Below are positions 47,565 to 61,614 of a stretch of DNA of 64,000 nt, piece after piece. The notes beneath the pieces were generated by a model. The model did no database searches, was not told the origin of the DNA, and was given only the letters and a program-made list of their open reading frames with translations. The position numbers and the translations under genes are program-made. Source of the stretch: Hyphochytrium catenoides (taxonomy: Eukaryota; Protista; Hyphochytriomycota); assembly GCA_900088475.1 (NCBI GenBank), contig FLMG01003251.1, forward strand, positions 62,001-126,000, written 5' to 3'. The stretch's first letter is position 1, and the number at the start of each line of letters is the position of its first letter.

Positions 47565-49341
47565 CTAAGTGAGTATCTCCACTCCGTCTTCTGTGACAAG
47601 GACCGTATGCTCAAATTGGGCGGACCGCTTTCCATCGATAGTCACCGCTGTCCACTCATCTTCCAAAATGATATGCTGCCGCATAAAAACAGCCCCACAG
47701 GAGATATAACGGGAGCAGGAGAAGTGAATAAACCAGCAAGAGGAAAAGCTAGTGTTGATACCTTACCTTGGCGCTACCCTCGCACAGCATTGGTTCTATC
47801 GTAAACGTCATGCCTAATAAGTGAGAGGCGTGGTGTCAGCCGCCTTACGTTCCCTTGTCTTACCTCGTGCCTTCCCTTCACTCTACCTCAATCTTTACTA
47901 TCGAGACATCGAGCTACCGCTTTCTCTATGGCTCTACTCATCTAAGATTCCTTGCCTCTTCACATAGCCCTAGCTCAGCCCCTTTCTTCCGTAAATTTCA
48001 AAACTCCTCCATGCCAGTCGATGCAGTCCTCCCTATCCCCTGTCCCTTCTCCTCAGATTTACCTGGTCTCATTTCCCCTGGATGACTGTTCCGATAGTGA
48101 TAAATGTACGGCAACATGTGAAAGTCTCTTCCAATGCCGTGCCCGCAGAACGTCCTGTTACTCTGATAGCCGTATGCATCACAAACATCTTCAATCTTCG
48201 AGCCAATTGATCGCCATGGGACACCAGGCCCACAGATTGCAATTGCGGAGTCCATCGCCTGTAGCGCCAAGGCAGCAACTTTAGCGGGAAATATGGTACT
48301 ACGAATCAAAAAGACAAAAGGGTCCCACGTCTACTGCTCATCCCAAGGGTTTCTCCATTCTTTGATGTGTGAACTGACTACCAGGCCCATTGCAGGGCAT
48401 ATTAAAAGTGATTGTTGGTAAGTCAGAAAGAAGCTGTACCTCCTTTGAGGCTGTCACAAGACGCTTGCCATCCTCGTCCACGTTCCCAACAAGAAAGGTC
48501 CGAGAGGTGTCGCCGTGGTATCCCTTGATAAAGACTGATACGTCAATATTCATGATGTCACCGTCCTGAAGCTGCCGACTGACGGGCCAAGCAGCGATAG
48601 AGAACGCAGATGATCATGACAGAAAGCGTCAGACAAGAAGAGCAGCAAACCTAAGTCAGTAAATCAATAGACAAGCGACAAATATGCAAGTGGAGTCACA
48701 TCAACGATCATTGTCCTTCCAAGGCCGTCCTTGGCCCTGCAGGCTATCTTACTATCTTGGCCCTTTGGCACGAACTTTGGCTAACTAGTTCATTTCCGAC
48801 CGTCGCTCCTCACATCTTACCTGTCGGGTATGCCGTGGCAAATGACCTCATTTATGGAGGTACAGATGGACTTGGGATAGCCAGAGTAGTTCAACGGGGA
48901 AGGATAAGCTCCTCTCTTGATCACATACTCGTGCACCAGCCTGTCAATCTCGTCCGTCTGTCTACCAACTTCTATAAGGCTTTCAGCGTAGTTAAGAACA
49001 TCCCTTGTTAGGGCTCCTGCTTCTCTCATGCGCTTGATCCCCTCAGAATCATGAACGATGATTCGCGATGGAGACTCCGGAACTACGCCAGTCTTTGCAT
49101 ATGGTGGAGGGTCAATGGAGTCTGGGACAGTCCTCTGAGGAGAGACACGACCCAACTCTACCCGAGGCCTGTCAAGTAACCAACGTCATCATTGATTTAA
49201 CAGCGACCAGGATGTTTGCCCACTCAGAAGTATTGAAAAGGACTCAATTGCGAAAGCATTTGTCTGATGACCTTACCTTACCGCCGAGGAGAATGGCAGT
49301 CGCTGACGCCCTACGATCCGCGATAGTAGGCTTCCTTTCAT
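47565..49341 (-). CDS. METAP1D: Methionine aminopeptidase type I, organellar (MAP1D-like), 6 exons
   Basis: Arg-rich, acid-free presequence [24 protein letters not shown]; [69 protein letters not shown]. No N-terminal zinc finger. Confidence 0.92.
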
Positions 49342-49533
49342 TGTCAGGCCCGAATAGAGTTACACCTCTTCGCAGAGAGCCCTATCTCTTAAGGCAAACG
49401 CAATGGAATGTATGTAGGACGGGAGAGTGCAGACTGACTGCATAAAGGTGATAAAGAAGGGAAAGCATGAAGAGATCTGAAGCTCAAGGAAGGTTCAATC
49501 CCAGACTTTGGGTCCTACACCACTCACGACAAT

Positions 49534-49567
49534 TAGCCGCTAACGACGGTAACTAGCCGCTAACGAC
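49534..49567. repeat. 14-bp direct repeat TAGCCGCTAACGAC x2 upstream of MetAP
   Basis: Exact copies at 49534-49547 and 49554-49567, about 200 nt upstream of the MetAP ATG. Confidence 0.75.
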
Positions 49568-50294
49568 TTGTAGGGTTTGCGAATTGTAAACCAAACTTTC
49601 AACTGTCCATTCTAAGTCTTTATACTAGAGAAGGACCTAAAGAGCGAACTGTCTAGGTAGAAACCGTTTTTGTCCTTTATGTACAAAGAAAGCTAAAGCC
49701 TATACAAGAGGATCTGCCATAACACGGCTTTCAGACCCTTGCTAGTTGTGTAGTAGAGATCCATTCGCAGCTCTGGCAGAGTCTGAAAAGTGAAGATCCG
49801 AAGAGCGCGACGTCTGACTTCCTGGGCATCTTTACAGGCATATTCACCCAGAGACAGCGCCGGACAGTTGTCTTAGCAGCGTCTTCTCTCCCGATGGGCT
49901 GTGCGATAGGGCGCATGTGGTGGTAGATCTGCCTTTGGAGAGCTTCACCGGGTCAATGCATAGGAAAGCAAGAGCGAGAGGCACTGATTTGTGGAGGAGA
50001 CGGTGGTTGGGTTTCAACCTATTGCTTTGAGAGGAAGCTAGCGCATACCGGGCTGAAGTCGTCGATAGAGTGGTGGATAAGATTAAGTGGAATGCTGAGA
50101 TCTATGAGAAATAAACACAGGAGAAGCAGTGACCCGCACCTCCGGAAGTTGGTAGATCGATCGACGCTGTAGAGATTAGGAGCAGTGTGGAAGGAAGCTA
50201 GGAATGGTGCTTTAGGCGGGAACAGCTGAGCAAGAATTGCCCCAAATGACTTGCGACTATACTTTACATTAGCTTACATATTGCTGATCATTAG

Positions 50295-53200
50295 CTAGGG
50301 ATAGGCCCTTAGATCGCTCAGCATAGAGTCTCTAGATAAATTGACATTTTCTCCTCGAACAGAAAGGATGTCCGATAGAGATTCCTCCGAGAAGATCGAC
50401 GCTAGTGTTGCCAGATCATCCGGCTGGAGGAGCTCCTGTTGGTTCCCTCGATTAGGCTCCACCTAAGATATGAGAGTTTATAAGTCTAAACTTTGTCGGA
50501 GTCGCTGGCCATGTCTCTGCCATTCCCTCTATTTCAAGCTTACCTCCTTCGTCAGCCCTTGTGAGCCCAAATCGAGCTGAGAACCTATCAGAAGACTGTC
50601 CAGGGACCCCTGTAGCAGATGTCAGCATCGTCACTGTGGTTCTTACGGCCTCGACTTCTGGGCTTTCTTTCCTCTCCCACTTGGCCATCTATGTGCCTCT
50701 CACACGCACCTGATTGAGGGATGTCTGAAGGACCCCTGTAATGTTGGAGATGTCTTCAAAGGGAACAGTTTGCGACAGGTGCTATCACACGGTAACGCAT
50801 GGCGACGATGGTCAGAGAGCTTAACTATCGTAATCACAGGAGCACAGACCAACAGTTTAAAGAGGAATAAGCTACAGATTGTCTCGAATGATAGGGATAG
50901 CCAGCGATGGCAGATAGTAAGCGGAACCAGCCATGAGCCATTTAGGTTGAAGAGAGAAGGACTATGGACAGCTTAGGAAGATAGAATAAGTTTCACAGCG
51001 GTCATACTCTTCTACTCTCCCTCCGAGATCGCGATGGCCTTTCACTCTTGGCAGATAGATTTAAACTCTTCACACTGCCACCGTCCAGTTGGCGCTTGGC
51101 TTTCTCAGCCTTAGAGGGAGGATCAATTAGACATCTCTTCGTGAATAATGCAAAAGGCCATCAATGAGAATGGTACCCACGGACGAGAGGACAGTGGTGG
51201 TCATGCAGAGATAGAATACCTCCTTCGTTTTCTCTTTCAAGGCAGTCCTAAGGAAAACACATGTCTCTTTGAGGTCTTGGATGGTCTTATCAGCGCTTGT
51301 CTGCCTTTCCAGGAGTTCCTTGGCAACCTGCTGCTCTCTTCTAACTCTCTCTTCCAAACTTTGAATTGAAGTCTGCCAATGAAGAATAACACATTTAAGA
51401 AGGTGATGCCAGTTGATGAAGAACACAAAGCCAGGACTCTATGCGATTGAGGAACAGAAGGACCAGGTTCATTGAAGAACTAGAAGAAAAGCTTAGGGAG
51501 AGGGGGCCAGGACAAGAAAAAAAGCATCAAAGGCGCCGATTCGTGAAGGTTACATGGAAAACCATCGAAGGGAAGAGGACACTGAAGACTGTCGACGGGT
51601 AACCTCATGTTCCCGACGGAGTTGCTCTAGCTTCTCGTGTAACTCCACCTGGAGGTATTGACATGGTTGGTTGTGGAAGTCGTGGAACTTAGAACGAAGC
51701 CGAGCACCAGGAGCGAGTGCGAAAGAGGGAGAACCAGTGTGGAGCGTGTAGCAAAATGGGGATATAAGGTTATCGAGGGAGGAACCGTTAAGCAGAAGAG
51801 TGAGGCAGAGTCGGAGAGACGCGACGTGTCCAGAAGGATTGACGAGGTGAACGACGAGCAATAGGATGGGAGGCGAAGGCGAGCGTACTGACCCTACTGT
51901 TAGCACTCTCCTCCATCCTCTCCCGTTCCATCTGGCGAATGGAGGCCTCAAGCTGTCGCTTTTCTTCCTCCCACTCGCCTTTGAATGTCCTGATTGTGGC
52001 GTCTTGCTCGATTTTTGAGAGCTCCGATAGCACTGCAAAGTCCTTACGTGCCTTATCCACCAGACCTGGCAGCGAGAGGAACAGAAAGTGAGCGCGTGCG
52101 CAATAAGAACGGTAACCTTGGTAACCTGACTAGGGCGTTCCTGAGAGCACTGGCATTTGTAGAGAAAGTAGGACGGCACAGAGCGTAATTGGACAGAGCA
52201 GACAAATGCAAGAGCACTTTCCTTTCCAGACCGTTGGTCTCGGCTGGCTTAATTCAAGAGAGCGAAGCCACCTGAGCCTTTACAGCTTACCTTCGAGATA
52301 ACTCTTTTCTGCTGCAAGCTCCCGTAACCTGTCATCTTTTTGCGCCCTTTCCTCCTCTGATTTCTGCAATGCAGAAGCAAGGTGTGCTTTCTCATCCTTG
52401 ATGCTTTCAAGAGAGGCCGCAAGTGTTGCCACCTCTTGCTCAAGACTCTGAACAGAGGTTGACAGCACCACACGCTCCTCCTCCGCTCGGGCAAGTGTCT
52501 CAGCAAGCTTTGAGATCTGGTCTTCCTTACTATTCAGGGACGCAACTAACATGCTCTCTCTCTCTTTCCTCTCTACGATCTCCTGGTGCAAATGGCTGAG
52601 CGTCTCCCGTTCTTCGGCTGTTCGTCTTCTCTCGTCTTCCTCCCTTTTCCTGGCCTCCTCCAAAGGAATGGCTAGGGCCTCAGCTTCCTTCTTGACGGCC
52701 GCCTCGGCATAACTCTTGATAGCCGCAACGAAAATCTCGAGATTCGCTTTGAACTCTGACGAAGTGCTCATCCTGAGCAAGACATGAAACATAAGGGGCC
52801 ATAAGAAAGAGGGGACTGACAGTGTTAGCTCTCAGAGCGGTAACCCGAGCTTATGCGTAGAAAGAAGTGCTTGTGTGGAGGAGTAAAGGATTGGGCCTAC
52901 CGACACAAGTGGGATCTACATAGAAAGCGCCAAGAGACGCGGATACTAAGGAAGAGGGGCGACCCTGCTTACATACGAAATGTAGACCCAATCTTGGAAA
53001 GAAATGAGGGTCATCCCAGTGGTCGAAAAATAAAACAAGGCAAGTGGGCGAGCAGTGTGACCTTTTTACTATTGGGGGAAGCTCCACCTTGAACTCTGAG
53101 GATACAATGGTGGAGAGGGAAACCATGAACCACTCTGAGCGCTCGATTGCTTCGTTTTGGGCAGAAAGCTCCATGCTCTGTGGACATATGAACGCATGTC

Positions 53201-56200
53201 AGAAACGCTGGCGAACTAAGAGACCACCTGCCGATCCAGGTAGGACAGGAAAGTAAAGAAAGGAAGATTACGTTGTAACGACAGGAGGATGGCTGCGTAG
53301 GCCCTGTCTGAGGGCGACCCGAGTCGGAGAAAGAGTTAAATCAGGAAGAAAGGATCGGCTTTACTACGACCTGGGCTTCAATCTGCTTTCCTCTCTCCTC
53401 GCAGAGCTCTTTTTGAAGCTGAAGCTGGCCCTGCAGATGCTTCTTCTCCTCCTCAAGGGCAGAACACTGTGATTACTCTGTTAGCAGTGCAAGGGCTATA
53501 AGACGAAATGCAAGACGTCACCTTTCCATTTAACCGAGAGATATCATCAAGAAGCGTCGAGGACTTTTCCATACTTTCGAGCAATTTTTTCTGGCGAAAG
53601 GGAAGACCTCAGCAGCTGACTTCCGCATCATTGGGCTTCTGTGGCCCAGTTCGTCCCAGATCCCTTCTTGGGTCCCTCAGCCAAGAAACTATCGCATACC
53701 TGCAATCCTTCTTCCCTCTCTGCAGAGGAAGCGTGAAACGCACCAAGCTGGGTAACCAATTTCTACGGCAGCCATTAGCCCAAGGAAGGAGACAGAAGAA
53801 GGGGAGAACACGGACAGACAGTGAGAAAGACAGTAACTCTAGTGGAATAAGGAGGCGATGCCATCAAGGGATGAAGAGGGAAGCTCTCTCCTACCTGGAT
53901 CTCATCTTCCTTCTCAAAGAGCTGTACTTGGCTTCTCTGCAGTATCGAAATAGTGCGAGCGTTAACCATTGTTGAGACGACAACGGTAAATCGCCTTCTC
54001 AGACGCTACCTGAAGTTCCTCTTCGCTCTTCCGCAGGCGCTCCTGAGTTAGCTCAAACTGCGAAGAAGATGTCAGAAACTGCTATCTGCCACTGTTCTCC
54101 GGGGAGACGTAATGCTAATCAAAGGGTCTGAGGTCTACCTACCTCTGTCATTGAGTTCTGTATCAAATGCCCGCGAGTGATATTTAGTTCGTGTCAAATG
54201 CGCGACAAGGGGATCAAGTTTAAGAACAGTACCTTAACGCTCTCTCTCTGTTCGGCAAGAGATTCTTCTAGTGCTTGGACCTTAGGATGGCAAGGTGAGA
54301 TATCACCTGCCCAGTACTGGCGTTGTTGCCTCGTCCTACACTTACCTCGGCTAACAAATCCTATGAGTAGCTTTCAGCCAATTGACACACAATTGCACGA
54401 TAACAATGAAGCTTTGTGGTCTTACCGCGACCGCCTTAGTCTTGGCAGATAGTTCTTCCCGCGTCCGCTCCAGCTGTACAAGCCGACATGAGCCAGTGTG
54501 TAGAAGCAGAACCATGACGGACACAGTTATTTGGGAAGAGGTAGACAGTTCCATCGTGCTCTATGGCAAATCACACACTCTTGGCGGCGATACCTCTCCA
54601 GACATCTCCTGCGGAAAAGAGGAAAGTGGGCTGTAAGGGTGACGTGTAGCCCTCTGTTGCACCTGCCATTGTTGCGTCCTAAACGATGACGCCATCGGGC
54701 ACTTTCCCTTTCTAGTTCTTGCCCTCGATCGCCATATATATCGCTCTTCCAACTGCTACGAGAAGGTCGTTGCTTCCTCATCCACGCCTTGCGGAACTGT
54801 CCCATATGCACGATGCCAAACACTTCTCAAACACATTCTAGACTGTAGTGTGCTATCCTAGGGAGCCCAGACGCACCTGAAGCTGGTCCTTGTTGGCTTG
54901 CACTGTATCAAGCGCCACTTGGAGCTACAGGTAGACACCACCGTCTCGCTTTTTAGTATTCCATGCACCTTGTCGTCTCACGATCGCTTGCTTCTCTTGT
55001 CCCACTTATCCTTGTCCTCGGGCCCTTTTTTCCGAAGCATATATCTCCACCACACCGTTCCTGATTATGACTATTGACTTTTTTCAGATCTCTCCCTCTC
55101 ATCGTTTGTCCTTCTCTTTCTCTTTAAAGCTAAAACCAAAAGGCCCTCCTATCACCTCTCAACTCTTACCTCGGCTTTAAATGAACGTTGGACTGTCTCA
55201 CATTGTCCACACAGAATTTCTTCCTCAACCTGTAGGTATCGCACAAGACAGGGACCAAGGCATTAATCCCGGAACTTCAAGAAAGGGAAATGCTTCACTT
55301 CCTCAATCACCTTCGCAGAAGGATCCCGATTAGCTGTTGCAGTCCCATCTCTTGGCGCGTCTTGCCTTTCTTGCGCCTTTAGAGCTGCCCGAAGAGCCTC
55401 CAAATCCTGCAAATGTATAATCTTGTTCTGCTCTAACTGCTCCTCAAAGCCTTGACGCAAGGACTGAATCTAAGTGGACTTTTATGAGTGAACATGGTAA
55501 AGCCCAGATTGAATAAAGACAGCACGGGATTCGCAAAAGAAACAAGGAAGACCAAAGCGGTGAAAGACGAGTATTCCGCTGCCCTCTGACGAGGACCCAG
55601 AGCTGTTATAGAATCGAATCATAAGCTTAAAGCGTGGACTGGGAGTGCTGCTGGTTGTCGGCATCCTTCACAGACCTTCCCATCGTATTCCCTCGTCAGC
55701 TGCTCATTTTGTACCAGCAGTTGGTCCTTCTCTGCAGACAGAGAAGAGCACTTCTCCTTCCATTCTAAAACCAGCTTTTCGCGCTCATCTGCTAGTTTCA
55801 TGGCTAAGGACGTGATAGGCGGAGGGTTAGATAAAGATCAGCTCTGTTTCCCAATAGAGAAATGCTCTTCCTCTCGTCTATGTCACTATTGGCTGCATCC
55901 CCTCTCTTTCTTTTGATTCGCCTTGAGATAGCTTCGCTTGTTACCTTCCATGCGTTGATTTTGTACCTCATGAATTTCTCTGGATGCGTTTTGTGCTCTC
56001 TCTTCCCAACACCTTTGCTGGTTCGAGGCGAACTTCAACATCTCGCTTTGTGCTATCTCAATCGATGAGCTGGTGCAATGTCAAAGGACAAACGATGGGT
56101 AATGAGGTTAGACATCTTATAGAAGTAACAGCCTGGAAAAAGCTAGTCGCCAGGCTACAGAACAAGAGTGGAGACCGATGAACGGTGGGAGTGCCACTGA

Positions 56201-59200
56201 CAGAGGGCCGCTAATACACCTTGAAATCAAATCTCTCCGGAGGGGCAGAGACATAAAGCGTATAGAAAGGAGACTTTGATTAGCCAGCACATTGCAGAAA
56301 CAAAAGTCTTGGAAGAGGCAAAGGTAGTGCTAAGGCGCATCATTGGAGTTATAAGGAGACCTCATGGAAAGCTGAATTGCATCTTGGAAGGTAATGAGCT
56401 GGGCTCTCGTGCCCAGGTGCTGTCTCTTTAGTTCCAGAAGCCTGAAAAGAAGCAGTCATTTACAAGGTAGGCTTCAGAAGAGAGAGAGAGGCACAACCCA
56501 GGTACGCACAAACGAAGAGTTCAAGGACAGAAGAGAAGGCGCGAGAGCACGTCGCAAGCGGCAAGGGTGACAGAGAAATAAGGGGAAGATAACAGAAAGA
56601 GAAACGGAAGCGAGAGAGTGAGAAAGAGCTGAAGACAGATGCACGCATCGAATCCCCGCCGACCTTTCAAATAGGCCAAGTAGAGCTTTAGCTTGCAAAT
56701 TCATCTCTGCAGATCTTCTTGGCAGCTTAGAATTTGTGGCAGTCCTGGATTCGGCTCGCTTGAGGCTCATTCGTGCCTCCTCTAGGTCTCTATGCGCTAG
56801 GGTCAGAGACGCCTCGAGACTCTGCCTTTCTTTCTCCAAAGCCTCTTTTTCTTTGATAACCCTGCTGAACTCCTTAATGCTAGTCTCGAGCTCCTCCTGT
56901 CTAGTGATCAGAATCCCTTTTGCTTTCTGTCCCTCCTCTAGGTACATGGTAAGCAACTCTTTGACCCTCCTGTCCTCTCTCTTAGCAGTCATTTCAACCT
57001 CTTCTTTTACTGAGACTAGGAACAGAGAAAATAGCCTGCTTTGGGCCTGGACTCTTTCCTTCAGCTCCAGCAGATCTATTCGTGAGTGCCGAACTGCCCG
57101 GCCAGCGGCGTCAAGTTGGCTGCGGACCCTCCGGTTCATAGAAGACAGAAGATCTATTCCTAGAGAGAGGAAACACAATGCGGAAGCACAAATATACGGT
57201 TAGCGAGACAGTGGTCAAGATCACCGCTCAGAACAGGGAGAGAAAGGTACGTCTTGGTCTCCACGAAGCAAGAGGTAAGAGAGGCATTTTTCTCTGCCTC
57301 ATAAAAAAGTCCCCGCGGAACCAAGGGGCAATCTCGGTAGTGAAGAAGATAAGGTGGAGAGAGAGAACGGTTCTTGTCAGCAGCCTCACGCTTCTTCATC
57401 TGGTCTCTTTCTCCTTGCTGCTCTTTCGCCACTCTTTGAAGAGACGCTATTATAGCCTTCGCCTCCTCCAGCCTTTCTCTCACTTCGGAAAATGCTTGTC
57501 GCTCTTCCTCCCTGCCTTCCTTGAGTAGCATAATGCTGCGCTTCTCTTCCAGCAAGGAAGACTACGTAACCACATGGGTAAGAGGAAGATAGTTTGCTAG
57601 ATGCCGGGGAAGGACAACAGGAAGAGGAGAGCGGATATCCCAAGACAACAAGCATAGAGAGACGGGCCAAGGAAGTCCCACCACTCAGCTGCAAGTGCGG
57701 GCTTAGAGAGAGAGCAACAACCAACCAAATAAAGGCAAATGAAGTATGGGCGAGTGAAAGGCCTTACCTCAAGTGTCGCCTTGGCTGCCCTCTCCTCGGC
57801 CAATTCGTCCTACACCGGGCAAGAGCAGGTTAGCAGTGCGCTGAGGAGGAGATGGCTTTTTCTCGGCCAGGATGGGTAAATCTAAGAGCGTGAAGAGTAT
57901 TCTCTCCAGTCTATGAGGTCGGAGAGTGACCAGAGAAACGAGGATATGGGAGGAGGCCAAAGGTCAAGCACTAGAGTCGTTGCCACCTCACCTCTAGTCG
58001 CTGGATATCTTGCCTAAACGACGTCAGTGTTTTGTTGAGCTCGTCTATCGCCTTATCCTTTTCTAGCCCTTCATTCCTTTCGTCCTCTCTAGCGCGTTTT
58101 TCCTTCTCCAATTGCTCTTCGAACGCTTTCCTCTGTCTCTCTATTTGCTCCTCGAAAGCTTTCTTCTCCTGAGTCTGCTGCTCCTCGCTCTGAATCAATC
58201 TTGAATTGGCTTCCTGCAATAACCTATCATGTTCTTCCTTCCTATGAAAGGAAAAGAGTAGGTGGCGCGTTAGGATGGCACAACTGAGTATCCGACCTAA
58301 GAGACAGAAGGAAAAGCCTACGTAATCAAGATCGCTTGTCTTTGCTCCAATTGGTCAGATGCATTGGGGCTATGAGTGGTGGACTGCTCTTGCTTTTGGC
58401 CCAGCGCTTCTAGCCTCTCTATTATCGCCTCCAAAGCCTGTCGCATTCCTTTAGTTTCTTCTTCCGAGCTTCGCGATGGCCCCTTGGACCGAAGCTCCTT
58501 GGCACCCTAGACCAAAATGCACACAAGTGAGCCAACCGGGGAGAAAATATATGCGATAGGGAACTAAGACAAGGTGAGGATGACCGAACCTTCTGGCAAG
58601 GCGCTGAAGGCTAAAGAACAGACAAATAGAGTAAAAGGACGATATGTGGGGCGACCGAGTAGTGGTAGGCTCTTTCGTAGTAATGAGACGTTATTCCACG
58701 CTGATTGTCAGATAAGAATGGGTCGTGAAAGATTAGGAGATACAAAGTAGTGTTGGGAGCCACCTCTAACTCCGCCGATAGTTCCGTGGCCTTCTCTGCC
58801 ATAATCGTTCGATATTTCTCTTGCAGCTCGAGTTCCAGTAGCTCCAGCTTTCGGGCATTCTCTTCTGCCATCCGTTGCCTTTGTTCTTCATCTCGCTCCT
58901 TCTTGAGTTGTTGAATTTCCTCTTCCTTTTCTTTGTCTTTCTCCTTCAGCTTCCTGAGGTAGCTCTCTCTATCTTCAGCTAGCCGTTGTTCTAAAGCCGC
59001 CCTCCGACTCTTTTCAATGGAGATGGACTCGCGAAACTGGTCCGGCGAGACAAGCAACAGAGTTTGATTACCTATCACCGACTTAGACCTCCTTTCACAT
59101 GCCTTACCTCCTCTCTCAGTCTTTCACACTCCTTATCTCTCGCTTCAACCGCCCTCCTGAGCTTATTTATAGAGTCCTGAGAGCACGTAAGAAAGAAACG

Positions 59201-61010
59201 TGGGTTAGTGCCATTGGGAGTGAAAGCAGAAACATGGGAAGAAAAGTCCGGGTCTGACATTGTCACATAGAAACAAATACGTTGACCTGATGAAAGGAGA
59301 TGGAAATCATCAGAAGCGCTCTTTTTACTCGGAGCGAACCTTTGTTTCTGTTAGTTCCCTGGCAGTACTCTCCACCTGCTGTCTGAGAGAAGTATTTTTG
59401 ATTACGAGAGCTTCCATTTCCTCCTTAAGCTTCTTCACGTCCGCTCGTTCTTTTCCTAGCTCACCACGCAGAGCCTGCTCCCTTTCCTCTGCCTGAAGCT
59501 TCAGCTTGCGCAGCTTGGCTCGCAGCTTGTCGATAATCTTCCCCAGATGAAATGGCAAGGAGGGGCGGCAAAGAAGAGTTGGTTAATGACGTGAGCCGAG
59601 TGGCAAGAGAGAAACCAACGGCAGCATAAGGAAGAGCTGAGAAGACTATCCAGGGGAACATAAGGAAGACGAGTAACGGCATCAATCTGACATATCTGCC
59701 CATCACCGTCTTTACGTACCTTTACATTCTCCTGCATTTCCTCACTTAGGATGAGCTCTACTTGCTCACCCACCGCATTGTATTTGGCTCTTAGGTCCGT
59801 CAGCTCGGTCAAGGAAGACTGCGAGCGTTCCGAGAGCAGCATGTACTCCTCCTTCAGCTGCAAGATGTCCAAATCAGGCGTAACAAGTCAGCCGACAGTG
59901 CTCATGAGAATAACTCGAAACGGTGAAGTGCCAACGAGGTACTAGATTGAGGGAGGGATAGAGGTAGATGATAGGGACAGAAGGAGACCTTTTTATACGC
60001 GGCCTTGATGTCAGCAGAGCGAGCTTGAGCTGCGTCGAAGTGAGTGGTCAAAGTCTGATGCTCGTCCGCCAGCTGTAAGGCTTTTTGCTTCCATTGCTGA
60101 AGCTCTTGACGAAGGAGAGAATTCTCCTGGGCTGCTCCCTCTGCCTGCTGTCTGCTGTGCTCTAACTTCTCTTTTTCTCTTTCTCTCTCGCCCTTTACTT
60201 CTTCCCTCTCTTTCTCTATCCTTCTGCACTTCTCCCTGGCTTCCTCTAGCTCATTGCTAACTCTACGTAACTGCTGTTCTAGATCAAGAACTTCCAGGTT
60301 TCTAAGAGGTTGAAGATGAGCAGATGACGCGCTATTCTCTCGAGCTTCTACGCCTCTTTCCAGATGACTCTCTCTCGAATTCCGAAACTTGAGCTGCAGC
60401 TGTTGCTCTTTGAGCTCCAACTGGCTCTTCACGGCCTCAATTTCTGCGTCTTGCTGCTGAATGACGGCATGCAGATCAGCTAGTTCCTCGCACAAAGATG
60501 AGATGTACTGCTCCTTCTCTTGACCTAGAGAGCGCTCTACCACCTCTCGAACTCTCTGGCCCACGTACTGAGCGGTGTCTGGATCTGACTCCATAGCAGC
60601 CAGCACCTGGTCCACCTCTAGATCTGTGTAGAGCTGTTTGATGGAGCTCGTAAGGGCGTGCAAGCGCTGCTCATAGGAGCTTTTCAACTTGTTATAGCGG
60701 GAACGGAACAGTGCTTGGAGCTCGAAGCGAGAGAGATCATCCTCATGGACCTGGCAGAGAAAACATGAGGCCTAAACAATGAGGCTGAAGGCCATCTATG
60801 GGCCAGAGGGATGCGCTCTGAGACTGGGCCAGTCAACCACAAGTACAAGCAGAATGAAGGGGATGATGTCCACAAGACCACACGAGCTGTTATTCACGAA
60901 GTTACCTCATCCTCTCTGGCCCTACGCCTCTGCCTGGCCGGGGATACCGAGTGATTGTCCCTTGTCTGTCCCATCCTAGGAGTGAAATGACCCGAGCGAC
61001 CTCCTTGCAT
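50295..61010 (-). CDS. Large multi-exon coiled-coil protein of unknown function (both ends uncertain)
   Basis: A chain of roughly 30 or more E/K/R/Q/L-rich heptad exons bounded by GT-AG on the minus strand (e.g. 59902-60750, 58780-59040, 56670-57160, 52290-52770). Phases checked at several junctions. No catalytic motif seen. Confidence 0.72.
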
Positions 61011-61605
61011 TGATCAGATCGTTGACTATGGACCGTCTGGTCTACTGCGCATCACATCCCTTTATGGTGCGCCCGCGAATGCTGAAGACAGAGTAATGGC
61101 AAAGGCCTTATGAGGCACCAACTAGGAAGACCGGCTCCTCCTGGTCTTGAAGCTGCTAAGCAGGAGGCTCTTAACACTCTCTACCTCTATACAATCCCTT
61201 CTCTGCTCTTCCCTTCCAGACCTCATGCCCCCTGCTCTCTTGATCTCGTGCCCCTGCTACTTCCTCTTCCTCTTCTTCTGCTCTTCATGTACTCTACCAG
61301 CAGCGTCCAGTTGGCTGGTGCCGTGGATCTCTCGCACTGCTTGCCTGACAGGTCGGCAGCGCATTTATGAAGCTTTTCTATTGCGTTCTGAGTGTCGAGG
61401 CCATCCATCTTCCATCAGAAAGCTTCCAAGAGCAAAAGACCTCCATCATCTTGGTTTTCATCTTTTGAAGAACGCCCGCGAGAGCCGAAAACGGACATCA
61501 CCAATACGACCTTAACAGGGCTACAGACGAACTACTAGGTCAGTACTATAGCATTTCTAAGGCTACATCGACGTCGGCTGAGGCTCAGATGGCAGACAGG
61601 GGCTG

Positions 61606-61611
61606 AAAAAA
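61606..61611 (-). terminator. Pol III terminator (T6) of tRNA-Sec
   Basis: TTTTTT on the minus strand 3 nt after the tRNA discriminator base. Confidence 0.85.
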
Positions 61612-61614
61612 GTT

